Of a stretch of DNA of 64,000 nt, positions 1-9,535 are shown in pieces. Source of the stretch: Spirochaetia bacterium. Lineage in GTDB: Bacteria > Spirochaetota > Spirochaetia > DSM-2461. Both the position numbers and the translations under genes were made by a program. A model generated the notes under the pieces. The model worked only from the letters and a program-made list of their open reading frames with translations. It searched no databases and was not told the DNA's origin. Position 1 is the stretch's first letter. Every line of letters begins with the position of its first letter. The DNA lies in the NCBI GenBank assembly GCA_963668315.1, contig OY764216.1, positions 2,400,001 to 2,464,000 of the forward strand, written 5' to 3'.

Positions 1-361
1 GCAGGGCGGTGATATCGCTGTATCCCAGGAAAACCTTGGGGTTGGCGCGGATCAACTCGTAATCGATCCTGTCAAGAAGACGGGGTGTCCCGTAGCCGCC
101 CCGCAGGCAGATGATACCCTTGTAGCGGCTGTCGGAGAAGGCCTTATGGAGGTCGGCCAGGCGCAGGTTATCCGTGCCGGAGAGGTAACCGTGGCGGGAA
201 CGGCAGCTCTCCAGAAACTCCGGCACCAGCCCCCAGGAGCGGATTTTTCTATCAGCCCCGTCCAGGGTGCCCGACAAGTCTGATTTTACTGCGGCTGAGG
301 GGGCTATCACCGCGACGGTATCCCCTTTTTTCAAGGGCCGGGGTTTAATGAGAGTCTCCAC
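1..361 (-). CDS. LD-carboxypeptidase (peptidase S66/MccF-like), runs off the window's left edge
   Basis: Manual translation from GTG at 361: METLIKPRPLKKGDTVAVIAPS...GYLSGTD..RL.DL..AF...CLRGGYGTPRLLDRIDYELIRANPKVFLGYSDITAL; RGGYG and GYSDITAL are S66 motifs. Confidence 0.9.
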   Translation of the reverse strand, partial: METLIKPRPLKKGDTVAVIAPSAAVKSDLSGTLDGADRKIRSWGLVPEFLESCRSRHGYLSGTDNLRLADLHKAFSDSRYKGIICLRGGYGTPRLLDRIDYELIRANPKVFLGYSDITAL

Positions 362-367
362 GGCTTT

Positions 368-2371
368 TTAGAACTGGCTGGGGTGCTTGGGAAAGAAGTC
401 CACCCGGGGTTCGAGGAACTTGAGCTTATGGTTTTCCCCGTCCTCCACAAAGGAGTAGACCGGCTCGAAGCAGTGCTCCCAGTTAAAGAAGTCCTCCGAG
501 GCTCCCAGGTATTCCCGCACCATCTCCGTTCCCGTGGGGGCGATGGGGTGCAGCATGAGAACCGCCGTTCTGACCATGTGGAAAACATTGACCAGTATCG
601 GGCCTATCTCATCGGCTTCCATTTCGTTCTGCACATTCTTCGCCCAGTATTTACTGACAGACCGAACATACTTGTCCAGAACCGACATGGCCCGGTGGAA
701 CTCCTGGCGGTGCATGGTAATCTCCCACTCCATGATGGCCTGATCCGCCTCATCCTTCACTTCCTGATCAATCTCGCCGAAGGGCAGATTTCCGTCGAAG
801 TATTTCTGGGCCGTGTAGAAACAGGATCGGCAGAGACGGTTCATCACGTTGCTCAGAAGGTTTCCCTCCTTGAGAACCGGATCGGCATCCTTGGGCTGGG
901 CGTCCGGATTAAAAGGCTTGGGCCGGAAGCTGATGGGGCGCATGCCCAGGCCCAGGGAAAAGAAATGGGCCCTGAGCTGTTCCGGGGTGTAGTAATCGAG
1001 CAGATCCATGGCCATGATCGGTTTTTCCTCTCCCGAGGAGGAGACCTTTTTGTCTCCCTGGAGCAGGTGGCAGTTGGCCACAAGGCGGGGAAGCTGCAGC
1101 TCCCCTTCGGCCGGATCGGCATGGGGCGTCTTCGACTCGAAGCCCATGAAAATGGACATCTCCGCCAGGGAGTAGAAATAAATATTATCCTCGCCGATAA
1201 ACTGGTAGACTCCGGCGTCCTTGCTGGACCACCAATTCTTCCACTCCTCCTTGTCCTTTCCCAGAGATTCCAGGTAGGTGGAGGTGAAGGAGATAGGCGT
1301 CCAGAGCGATTCGGGCCAGACCCAGAAAGTCAGATCCTTCAGATCCTCCAGGTCGGGGGCGGGAAGACTCCAGTCCACGTTACCGGTCATTCTAAAGGGG
1401 GTCAGGGTCTTTCCGGCGCGGAAGCGGATATCCGTCTTGTTCAGAATCTCCGCCGCCTGCTCCCGCTCTTCCAGATTCCGGAATTCCAGGATAATCGACT
1501 TCTTATCCTCCCGCACCTCATGGGGAATCCCCAGGTCCACCTTCTTCAGGTCCTCCTCGAAGTCCTGCATGACGTAAAGCACGGGCGGTTCAAGGAACTC
1601 CTTGACCGTGGAAATCACATTTTTCCGGTAGCCGGGAATATCGGAAAGGGAGTCGGCCCACTCGGTCAGCTCCTTGCGGAAGGCGGGCAGGTCTATATAC
1701 CAGTTGCTCACCTCGCGCATCTCAGGCGTTTCCCCGGTGAGGGAACTCTTGGGGTTGATCAGATCCTTGGGCTCGTAGGGATGGCCCAGATCGCACTCGT
1801 CGGCATAGCCCTTCTCGGAGCGGCAGCCCGGCACGGGACACTTTCCCACCACCTGGCGGCCGTTCAGATAGGCGCCCAGCTTGGCGTCGTAAAACTGGGG
1901 GGAACTGATCTTTTTCAGGTGCCCCTTTTCGTAAAGGCCCTTCAGAATCCGGGCGCCCAGCTCCTTGTGAACCTCTCCCGCCCGGCCGAAGGCGGAAGTC
2001 CCGTACAGATTAGGGGAAACGGAGTAGGCCTCCAGAATCTCCTTCTGGATCTTATGGTTGGACATGACGAAATCCTCGATGGACCCCTCAATCGTCCCGG
2101 CTTCCTTGCCCTTGCGGTAATACTCCACGATGGGCGAGCCGTAACAGTCGGTACCGGAAACGAAAATCACATTGTCCTTCCCGATCCTGTCCCGCATGAA
2201 ACGGGCGAAAATATCCGCATGAACGAATACGCCGCCTATATGTCCCAGATGGAGAGACTTGTTCCCGTAAGGCATTCCTCCGGTAATCACGGCCCGCTGA
2301 GGGAAAGTCGGCCTTGTCTCTTTTGTCGGTTTCGCCGGTCCGTAATTGTTCTGATTATTGCCCTTGCTCAT
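368..2371 (-). CDS. metG: Methionyl-tRNA synthetase (class I, no C-terminal Trbp domain)
   Basis: PYGNKSLHLGH (HIGH-like), VSGTDCYG, Zn knuckle CPVPGC..DECDLG, FIGEDNIYF, KVSSS (KMSKS-like); start taken at MSKGNN. Confidence 0.9.
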   Translation of the reverse strand: MSKGNNQNNYGPAKPTKETRPTFPQRAVITGGMPYGNKSLHLGHIGGVFVHADIFARFMRDRIGKDNVIFVSGTDCYGSPIVEYYRKGKEAGTIEGSIEDFVMSNHKIQKEILEAYSVSPNLYGTSAFGRAGEVHKELGARILKGLYEKGHLKKISSPQFYDAKLGAYLNGRQVVGKCPVPGCRSEKGYADECDLGHPYEPKDLINPKSSLTGETPEMREVSNWYIDLPAFRKELTEWADSLSDIPGYRKNVISTVKEFLEPPVLYVMQDFEEDLKKVDLGIPHEVREDKKSIILEFRNLEEREQAAEILNKTDIRFRAGKTLTPFRMTGNVDWSLPAPDLEDLKDLTFWVWPESLWTPISFTSTYLESLGKDKEEWKNWWSSKDAGVYQFIGEDNIYFYSLAEMSIFMGFESKTPHADPAEGELQLPRLVANCHLLQGDKKVSSSGEEKPIMAMDLLDYYTPEQLRAHFFSLGLGMRPISFRPKPFNPDAQPKDADPVLKEGNLLSNVMNRLCRSCFYTAQKYFDGNLPFGEIDQEVKDEADQAIMEWEITMHRQEFHRAMSVLDKYVRSVSKYWAKNVQNEMEADEIGPILVNVFHMVRTAVLMLHPIAPTGTEMVREYLGASEDFFNWEHCFEPVYSFVEDGENHKLKFLEPRVDFFPKHPSQF

Positions 2372-2474
2372 CGGTCTCTCCTTATCAAAATTACATAAAG
2401 TAAGTAAAACCATAAGATATCAGATGAGGTTGTTTAAGGCCATAGGGAGGGGAAGGAAATTAGTAAAAAAAGTA

Positions 2475-2606
2475 AGGGGCGGGGGGAGCTCCCGCTCCGC
2501 GGCAGCCGGGCTGTCCGCTCGAACGGGCTCCTCCCGGCGGCTTTTCCGGTTTTCCCTCCGGTCAACCCGGCCCCCGGGGCCCGTAACCGCTCCCATCCCT
2601 CTCCCG
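2475..2606 (+). ncRNA. GC-rich structured intergenic element, Flavo-1-like RNA motif or repeat
   Basis: CGGGCTGTCCGCT...ACGGGCTCC/GGGGCCCGT stem...ACCGCTCCCATCCCT, with outer pairing GCGGGG/CTCCCG; resembles the Bacteroidota/Spirochaete Flavo-1 layout as recalled, not searched. Confidence 0.45.
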
Positions 2607-2643
2607 TCTCGGCGCTATGGGCAGAAGACTGGCCATTACACGC

Positions 2644-2669
2644 AAAAAAAACCGCCCCCGGAGGAGCGG
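2644..2669 (-). terminator. Rho-independent terminator of the OMP gene
   Basis: Minus strand CCGCTCC-TCCG-GGGGCGG followed by T8. Confidence 0.75.
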
Positions 2670-2706
2670 CTTATATTACCTGCGTAGGACGCGGGTAGGG
2701 TGTCTT

Positions 2707-3720
2707 CTAGTAGAAGTCGTAGAAGAGTTTGAGCTTGAAGGTGAACATGGATCTCTTATCGGCATTCTTACCCATGAGAGGGATATCATAGTTAGCTGCC
2801 ACTTCAAAAGGTATGCCTCCCGTATAGAAGAAGGAGAGCCCGGGGTTGATGGAGAATGAGTATGAATCATCATCCTGGCCTACGCCTTCCACGGTTGTTT
2901 CGCCTTTCATGCTGTATTTAACAGGCAAGCCGAAGCCCATGCTTCCCGTTTTGCTTAAGGTCAGATCGTAATGGGGTTCCAATTCGAAATCCAAGTAGAT
3001 AGGGTATTCATATTCATGTTTTACGGTTGCGGCTTCTGCTGCCGCAACTGCAACATTTAAAGGCTGTCCTAAAGTGTTGACGTAGTAACTAACAGTTCCG
3101 GCGTAGGTTGCCCCAGCTCCATCGTCATATCTTTCGTTGGGGAGATAATACTTTGTCTGATTATAAAGATTTACATAGAAATCTTTGTTGATCTGATAGT
3201 CAAAATAGAATCTGCCTCCAAAACCTAAGCTTTCGGTTTCACTTTGTGAAGCCAATCTGAAATCATCACCCGCCAGGGCATTTCTGCCTTCTTCAAGTCC
3301 ATCAAGGGAATCGGCAGGAATAATTACGCCTGGAGCAAAGGCAAAGCGCATATCATCAGTCTTTAATACCTGTATCTTGGCCCCGACGAAAAAATCTGAT
3401 ATTCCAGTGAATATCAACTGGTCATTCAATGCTGCCAAAGCATCATTGGTATAATCATCTGCCAGCATTACGCCCGGTACCCACTGGACAGCGGCTGAAA
3501 TTTTATCTGTTATACCGAATTCAACAGCTGCCCCGAAATTATCAAAGAAATATTCTGTAGAATCTTGGGCTTCCCCATCATCATCATATGCCTGATCTGC
3601 AGTCAGGATTAAGTTAGCCAAAGTTAATCTCATTACACCGGAAGGCAGAACTTTTGCATCGTCAGCGAAAGCCGCAAAAGTTAGTGAAGCAAGTAAGACA
3701 GAAATAAGAATTTTCTTCAT
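2707..3720 (-). CDS. Secreted putative outer-membrane beta-barrel protein
   Basis: Signal peptide MKKILISVLLASLTFAAFA; alternating aromatic strands; C-terminal FTFKLKLFYDFY; RBS AGGAGA. Confidence 0.7.
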   Translation of the reverse strand: MKKILISVLLASLTFAAFADDAKVLPSGVMRLTLANLILTADQAYDDDGEAQDSTEYFFDNFGAAVEFGITDKISAAVQWVPGVMLADDYTNDALAALNDQLIFTGISDFFVGAKIQVLKTDDMRFAFAPGVIIPADSLDGLEEGRNALAGDDFRLASQSETESLGFGGRFYFDYQINKDFYVNLYNQTKYYLPNERYDDGAGATYAGTVSYYVNTLGQPLNVAVAAAEAATVKHEYEYPIYLDFELEPHYDLTLSKTGSMGFGLPVKYSMKGETTVEGVGQDDDSYSFSINPGLSFFYTGGIPFEVAANYDIPLMGKNADKRSMFTFKLKLFYDFY

Positions 3721-3963
3721 GTATATCTCCTTTTTAAAAATCCTTATAGTCAGATTAGATTCTTGAATGGATAGTTGTCAATTGAAAATTGTGTAAATGA
3801 TGGTCAAAAATGAATAATAAGATGGAAAAAGTGTTAGAAATGAAGAAAAATGCAATATGCACATAATGTGTAAAATATGCTTTGTATATGTATATTATAT
3901 ACAAGAAGTTACGGTGATGCTTTTTTTGTGCATGATGGTTATGTAAATATGATTGCATATTTT

Positions 3964-4011
3964 GCAAAAAAAAGCCCTTTGGAATATTGTCTATTCCAAA
4001 GGGCTTTTTGC
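3964..4011. terminator. Long hairpin terminator downstream of the MCP gene
   Basis: AAAAAGCCCTTTGGAATA-TTGTC-TATTCCAAAGGGCTTTTT inverted repeat. Confidence 0.8.
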
Positions 4012-4030
4012 TAGGATAATGTGTAAATGT

Positions 4031-6109
4031 CTAGTCTATCAATTCGTCCTCATTCGCTTCCTGAACTCCTTCATTCAGAGAGATCTTTTGAGGATTTTCC
4101 TTAGGTAAATCACTTTTTTTTGCATCTGCCGTAGATGGGGATTTTTCCTTTGTCTTATCTCGGGAGGAGCGCTGGGGGGAGAGTTCCCTTTCTTCCGATC
4201 GACTCTCACTCAAAGTCAGGTTCTCTTTCCCATCCTCTGCTTCCTGATCAAGTTCGTCTTCGGTACGGAAATAATCCAATTCATGGCCGATCCTTTCAGC
4301 CACGGAGCCGATATCTTCGGTCGTTTTTTTCACTATGCCAATAGCCTGGGAAATTTCATCGATTCCCTGGGAAACCTGTTCAATCCCTCCGGACACATTA
4401 CCGGCCAGGGCCTGAACTTCTTCCACGGCAATTTTCATCGATTCCGACTGGGACGTCATTTCATTGGATTCCTCCCTGACCGTGGTGGCGGTTGACTGGA
4501 GAGACACCATGGCCGATATGATCTGGTCTCCCCCGGATTTCAGTTCGCCCATGCTGCTGCCGATCTCGCTCATGGAATCGGCCAGTCCTTCCACTTCCTT
4601 TACCGTTTCGCCGAAAGTCCTCGTGGTCATCTCGCTCGATTCAGAGGCGTTCTGGATGCTGCTGATAATTTCGTTCAGGCTGTCGCTGATCTCCCGGGAA
4701 CTCTCTGAAGAGGCCTCGGCCAGTTTGCGGATCTCGTCGGCCACGACGGCGAATCCCCGTCCCACGTCTCCCGCATGGGCGGCCTCGATAGCCGCGTTCA
4801 TGGCAAGAAGGTTAGTCTGGGAGGCAATATTATTGATCACTTCGATCATCTCCCGTATCGTATCGATGCTGCTGTTGATTCTGTTGATATTGGAGGCTGT
4901 CTGGGTCAGCTGGTTATTTCCGTCGGTCATGAGTTTTACCGTTTCCGCCAGGCTGGCCAGTTTTCGGGATGTTACCTGCTCCACATTGGCCACGGAAGCC
5001 ATCATTTCGTTGATGGCAGCGGAGGACTCCTCGATCATAGACGCCTGGTCCTGAACGCCGTCATTCACCTTTTCAATTTTTCCCGAGATGTTCAGGACCG
5101 AATCATAGGCGTTGCGGGTCCTGTCGTCCAGCTGCCGGATATCTTCCCTTATCTCATGGGAACTGACGGCAATCCGCTGTCCCGTCTCCTCCGCCCTGTC
5201 AACCTGATCAATCAGCCGGTCCCTTATGACCAGATTCTCATGGGAGACACCCTTGATTCTCGTTATGATTCCATTGAGATTTGTCTGGAATGAATTGAGG
5301 TTATCATTGAGCCGGGCCAGGTCGTCCCGGGAGTTTACATTATTCTCCGTACGCAGGTCTCCGTCCTTGAGGTGATCAATAGAAGAATCGATATGGCGGA
5401 TATTCGTGGCGATTTTATTGGAGAAGGCCAGACTGAAAATCAGTATAGCCGCCAAAGCCAGTCCTATTGAGGCCAGTGTTATGACCTGGGTCAGAAACTC
5501 ATAGCGGCGAATGGTGCTGTTGATACGTAAAAATTGATCTTCAAGAACATCAAGGGAGCTTTCCAGGGCATTTTTATAGACCGTATGTTTCATGATGAAC
5601 TCATTAAGGGTGTATTCAAAATAAGCCCGGTCCTCTTCTGTGGCCCTGTCCAGAAACTGCCTGGAAATATAGATTTTCATAAAAGTGAAGGAATCAAGAA
5701 AAATATAGGTATCTTCGATGGCTTCCCGGAATGAAGTATCGGCTTTCACTAAATCCTGGAATCGTGTTCTCCTCAATTCGTTAAGGTTCGTGATAATATC
5801 GATTGCATCGGACATGGAGGCACTCTGCTTCTTAAGGTAGTTCAATGCTTCGGTCTTCTCAAAAAATGAGTCTGTTATCTTGGATGCCTCATAAAGAGCT
5901 TCCATCCCCTTCTTATAAGGGGTATCGCCGAGAATGGCATACAGATCGATCCTTTCCTGATTGATACTTTTTTCAAGCTGCTCCAGAATCTCCGCTTCTT
6001 CGTTGATTCTCTTAACAGGAACAGCCGTGAGAAAATAGAAGAGTATGATGAGCATGAAAGCGGCAATAATTCCGGTTATCAGCAGGAATAACTTAGATTT
6101 GATTGTCAT
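4031..6109 (-). CDS. Methyl-accepting chemotaxis protein
   Basis: Two TM helices, [42 protein letters not shown] signalling motif. Confidence 0.95.
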   Translation of the reverse strand: MTIKSKLFLLITGIIAAFMLIILFYFLTAVPVKRINEEAEILEQLEKSINQERIDLYAILGDTPYKKGMEALYEASKITDSFFEKTEALNYLKKQSASMSDAIDIITNLNELRRTRFQDLVKADTSFREAIEDTYIFLDSFTFMKIYISRQFLDRATEEDRAYFEYTLNEFIMKHTVYKNALESSLDVLEDQFLRINSTIRRYEFLTQVITLASIGLALAAILIFSLAFSNKIATNIRHIDSSIDHLKDGDLRTENNVNSRDDLARLNDNLNSFQTNLNGIITRIKGVSHENLVIRDRLIDQVDRAEETGQRIAVSSHEIREDIRQLDDRTRNAYDSVLNISGKIEKVNDGVQDQASMIEESSAAINEMMASVANVEQVTSRKLASLAETVKLMTDGNNQLTQTASNINRINSSIDTIREMIEVINNIASQTNLLAMNAAIEAAHAGDVGRGFAVVADEIRKLAEASSESSREISDSLNEIISSIQNASESSEMTTRTFGETVKEVEGLADSMSEIGSSMGELKSGGDQIISAMVSLQSTATTVREESNEMTSQSESMKIAVEEVQALAGNVSGGIEQVSQGIDEISQAIGIVKKTTEDIGSVAERIGHELDYFRTEDELDQEAEDGKENLTLSESRSEERELSPQRSSRDKTKEKSPSTADAKKSDLPKENPQKISLNEGVQEANEDELID

Positions 6110-6182
6110 GGCCAGAACTCCTTTTGTACGGTCAGTTTCTCAATTGTAACTCAGGAAGGGAGATTTTACCTAATCATTTTCT

Positions 6183-7414
6183 TAATGTTTTCGATTTTTG
6201 ACATCCTTCTCTGATTCAAACGGCCTTCTTATTTAAGGGATTAACCAGGTTTCTGTTCCAATGAGCTGCCTGATAACCGGTAAGACATTCTGTGAAGTCC
6301 TCGGTTCTTCTGCTTATTCCATAAAATATAGCCTGAATTATTTTATAGCGCCTTTCCAGTGAAATACCCGCTGCCTGGCAATGATAGTTGTATTTTCCTT
6401 TTCTTCTGTTAATCCGAAAGGGTTTAAGGAAATTATGCCAAAAACTATAGCAGGAAAACCTATCCATACTGTTATTCATATTTCTCCCGAATTGAACCGT
6501 TTCACGGATATATTCGGCCAGATCTTTTCTTATCTGACGGTCTATGTAATTGCAGGGAAATAGTTTGTTTAGATAGTTCCGTTCAACAAGAGAGTTTGTC
6601 GTACGGTGCAAAATCTTCGGTGATAGTGACCTATGGTTGTTAAATTGATAACGATAAATAGGGTGTTCATCCGTATCAATTATGATAGTTTTTAAGGACG
6701 ATTTATCGGCTTTTGTAGAGAGATAATCAAGAATTTCCCTAAATCGATGTGAGGCTGCTTTCCTTTCGAAACAGGCATCCCTGTAAAGCTTCTGCTTTTG
6801 TATTTTTTGTTCTTCCGTACATATTCCTTTACGTTTGAAGTGATAGGCGTTGAACATATAAATAAATTGGGATCGCTGTCCCACAAGGATATTTACATTC
6901 GTTGGAAAATACTGGGAAAGGATAAAGTTTTCCAGACCATCGGCTGCGACTGATTCATTCAATTCAAGATCATGGATTTCCTTAGCGCATACAGATGTAA
7001 TTCTGCGTGATAACCGCATCAGGCGGTTAATTATCATTTGGGGAGAACAGTGAAAAGCTCTGGCCATATCTCTTATCCCCGATCCGCTGACTAAATGATC
7101 TAAGAGTTTTATATAGGATAGATTCCTGTGGATATAATGGTCTATGGAGAAATAAGATAAAGAAAATGTACGATGACACTTCTTACATTGATATCTCTGA
7201 ATTCTTCCTATTCTTTTAGTGTAGATAAAACCTTTCTTCCGCATCCAGCCTGAATCGGCAGGCGGATGTTTATAATTCTGACAATGGCGGTTGGGACAAT
7301 AAAGTTTATCTTTCATATAAAGCCTCCTCTTTAATCAATGTTTACTTTAAAAGAGGGGAAAATTGTCCAAAATCCCTAATCATGGGGAATTCATGTCACA
7401 AATGGAGAACATTA
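6183..7414 (-). mobile_element. IS1-like insertion sequence, copy A (1232 bp)
   Basis: 22-bp imperfect terminal inverted repeats at 6183-6204 and 7393-7414 (19/22) enclosing one transposase ORF; AT-rich. Confidence 0.8.
6216..7316 (-). CDS. IS1-like transposase (Zn ribbon + HTH + DDE-like core), 366 aa
   Basis: CPNxxC...RYQCKKC Zn finger; SGIRDMAR HTH; acidic motifs ADG, TDEH, NYIDRQ. Confidence 0.75.
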   Translation of the reverse strand: MKDKLYCPNRHCQNYKHPPADSGWMRKKGFIYTKRIGRIQRYQCKKCHRTFSLSYFSIDHYIHRNLSYIKLLDHLVSGSGIRDMARAFHCSPQMIINRLMRLSRRITSVCAKEIHDLELNESVAADGLENFILSQYFPTNVNILVGQRSQFIYMFNAYHFKRKGICTEEQKIQKQKLYRDACFERKAASHRFREILDYLSTKADKSSLKTIIIDTDEHPIYRYQFNNHRSLSPKILHRTTNSLVERNYLNKLFPCNYIDRQIRKDLAEYIRETVQFGRNMNNSMDRFSCYSFWHNFLKPFRINRRKGKYNYHCQAAGISLERRYKIIQAIFYGISRRTEDFTECLTGYQAAHWNRNLVNPLNKKAV

Positions 7415-7416
7415 CA

Positions 7417-7425
7417 TGGTATAAT
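7417..7425 (+). promoter_or_regulatory. Extended -10 promoter (TGGTATAAT) for the GH5-like gene
   Basis: Perfect TGnTATAAT about 90 bp upstream of ATG 7517, 2 bp outside the IS end. Confidence 0.55.
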
Positions 7426-7516
7426 AAACATTCATATAAAACCGGACCGCCTTTGGATCGCCGGGCATAATCTGGTTGTTATTTACGTAATAAATCTCAA
7501 AGGGGGAGAATCTTTT

Positions 7517-8698
7517 ATGAAACCATTAAAGGATTACAGTTTTATCCGCGGCGTGTGTCATAACCCGACCCTGGGACTGACAAAAAAAGAGCTTGAGGAG
7601 AGGCTTGACAGGGAGCTTGGATATTGCCGCAAACTCAACTTGAATTCCATTCGTTTCTGGCTGGTCCCAGAGGAGTATAACAAGGATCCCAGGGGATACC
7701 TTGATATCATTGAAACTTTTATCAGGAAGTGCAATGAATTTGATATTACCGTGATGCCTATCCTCTGGAACGGGAATTTTATTACCGATTTTGAAGATCC
7801 CGGTGAAGAGTGGTATGAAAAGGCCGGAAAATATGCCGGGGATGTTATCGGCCGGTTTAAGGATGAACCGAATATTCTGATGTGGGATGTCATTAACGAG
7901 CCCATGTGCAACGACTATATGAACCATAGTCCGGCGGAAGAATATGATGTCCGTTTTGAGAAAATCAAAAAATATATCCGAAGGCTGTTCGCCATTGTCA
8001 AAGAACTTGACCGGGAAAATTGTCTGACCGTGGGACATGAGCAGGTCAGGCACTGTCTTTCCACCGATGATTTGGTGGATGTAATCTGTTATCACGACTA
8101 TCTGGGCACCCGCAGGGAGATCGAGGGAGCAATTTTCGACGCGGAGAGGCTGAGGGATAAATGGGACAAACCGATTTTAAATACCGAGACAGGATGTGTG
8201 GGCCGGGCAAATCCCTATGAGATAGAGCTTGAGCTGGCGCAGAAACACAGGGTGGGCTGGTATGTGTTTAATCTGATTTCCGAAGGATTCTGGGGCGATA
8301 TTCATGGTTTGGTATATCCCGACGGAACCATCAGGGATCCGGCAGTCATTGCGGCTCTGTTCGGCTTTTTCCGAAACAGGGAGGGAGGCCGAATCCCCGT
8401 CAATGCCAATAAGGAGGGGCACGCCGACAGGGCCGTTAAACGGGTGGAGGATGTCCTTCGGGTGGAGCCGACGACCCTGTTCATGTCAAGGGATAAAACC
8501 ACTGAAGAGATCCTGGACGCGGCGGAGTATTGCGTGAATATTCTGGAAGGGGCAGAAATGGTTCCCATGTGGAACCCTCCTTCGGCCAGGATAGAGGCGT
8601 TCAGAAGGATTCCCGAAGAAGAACGTGATGTTTATGAGATAAGAGAATTCGCCTTTAGTATGGCGAAACTCCTGAAAGAAAAATGTCATATCCTGTGA
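7517..8698 (+). CDS. Clan GH-A glycoside hydrolase (GH5-like), no signal peptide
   Basis: LNSIRFW, WDVINEP (acid/base), YHDY, NTETG (nucleophile); start MKPLKD after GGGGAG. Confidence 0.75.
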   Translation: MKPLKDYSFIRGVCHNPTLGLTKKELEERLDRELGYCRKLNLNSIRFWLVPEEYNKDPRGYLDIIETFIRKCNEFDITVMPILWNGNFITDFEDPGEEWYEKAGKYAGDVIGRFKDEPNILMWDVINEPMCNDYMNHSPAEEYDVRFEKIKKYIRRLFAIVKELDRENCLTVGHEQVRHCLSTDDLVDVICYHDYLGTRREIEGAIFDAERLRDKWDKPILNTETGCVGRANPYEIELELAQKHRVGWYVFNLISEGFWGDIHGLVYPDGTIRDPAVIAALFGFFRNREGGRIPVNANKEGHADRAVKRVEDVLRVEPTTLFMSRDKTTEEILDAAEYCVNILEGAEMVPMWNPPSARIEAFRRIPEEERDVYEIREFAFSMAKLLKEKCHIL

Positions 8699-8712
8699 TG
8701 AGGCCTTATTGT

Positions 8713-8745
8713 CGCTCCCTATTTTATTACGTATAGTAGGGAGCG
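8713..8745. terminator. Intergenic hairpin
   Basis: CGCTCCCTA...TAGGGAGCG. Confidence 0.45.
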
Positions 8746-8760
8746 TATAAGGAAAATTCA

Positions 8761-9510
8761 GTGATAAGTATAAAGAATCAGGATGAAATAAAGAAATTAC
8801 GGGAGTGCGGCATAATTCTCGCGTCTCTCTATCAGCATTTGGAACCCTATGTCCAGGAGGGAATTACCACCGGGGAGCTGGATCGTATTGCAGAGGATTA
8901 CATTCTGGGTAAGGGGTGCGTCCCTGTTCAAAAGGGGTATTACGGTTTTCCCGCCACCCTCTGTGTTTCGGTAAATGAAGAAGTGATTCACGGAATCCCC
9001 GGCAAACGAAAGCTCAAGGATGGAGATCTTGTCGGTATTGACTGCACCATTTCCAAGGACAGTCTTCTGACGGACAGTGCGAAAACTTTTCCCGTGGGAA
9101 ACATCTCAGCCGATGACCGGCTGCTCATGGAAAGAACGGCCAAAGCCCTTGAAGTGGGAATTTCAGTAGCCGAGCATAACATGCGGTCCTCTGATATCGG
9201 AAAAGCGATAGAGAGCTTTCTGAAGCCCTTCGGATACGGCATCGTCAGGGATTACTGCGGTCACGGGATCGGGTATGAGATTCATGAGGATCCCACCATC
9301 CTGCACTACTATTCCAGGCGATACAGCCGCCGATTGAAGGCCGGAATGGTTTTTACCATTGAGCCCATGATCAACAGGGGAACCCATAAGGTCGAAGTCC
9401 TCGAGGATGAGTGGACCGTGGTGACGGCCGACGGTCTGAAATCCTGTCATTTCGAGCATACCATCTGTCTGACCGAGACGGGATGCGAGATTCTGACCCT
9501 TCCCGAATAG
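8761..9510 (+). CDS. map: Methionine aminopeptidase type I
   Basis: SVNEEVIHGIP, DSAKT, GHGIG.EIHEDP, FTIEPMIN, SCHFEHTI. Confidence 0.95.
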   Translation: MISIKNQDEIKKLRECGIILASLYQHLEPYVQEGITTGELDRIAEDYILGKGCVPVQKGYYGFPATLCVSVNEEVIHGIPGKRKLKDGDLVGIDCTISKDSLLTDSAKTFPVGNISADDRLLMERTAKALEVGISVAEHNMRSSDIGKAIESFLKPFGYGIVRDYCGHGIGYEIHEDPTILHYYSRRYSRRLKAGMVFTIEPMINRGTHKVEVLEDEWTVVTADGLKSCHFEHTICLTETGCEILTLPE

Positions 9511-9535
9511 ATCGGCAAAACAGAGGAACAGTCAT

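Noticed and set aside
383..2398. 671-aa ORF antisense to metG, and similar long shadow ORFs (15090..16766, 29956..31272, 33164..34579, 39186..40538, 55264..56730, 58587..60374)
   Set aside because: They mirror well-supported genes on the other strand, as expected from GC-rich codon bias, and have no motifs
2372..2640. Possible T-box or SAM riboswitch leader for metG
   Set aside because: No T-box antiterminator or SAM-I core could be identified on the minus strand
3755..3967. 70-aa His/Phe-rich ORF
   Set aside because: Low-complexity translation of an AT-rich promoter region
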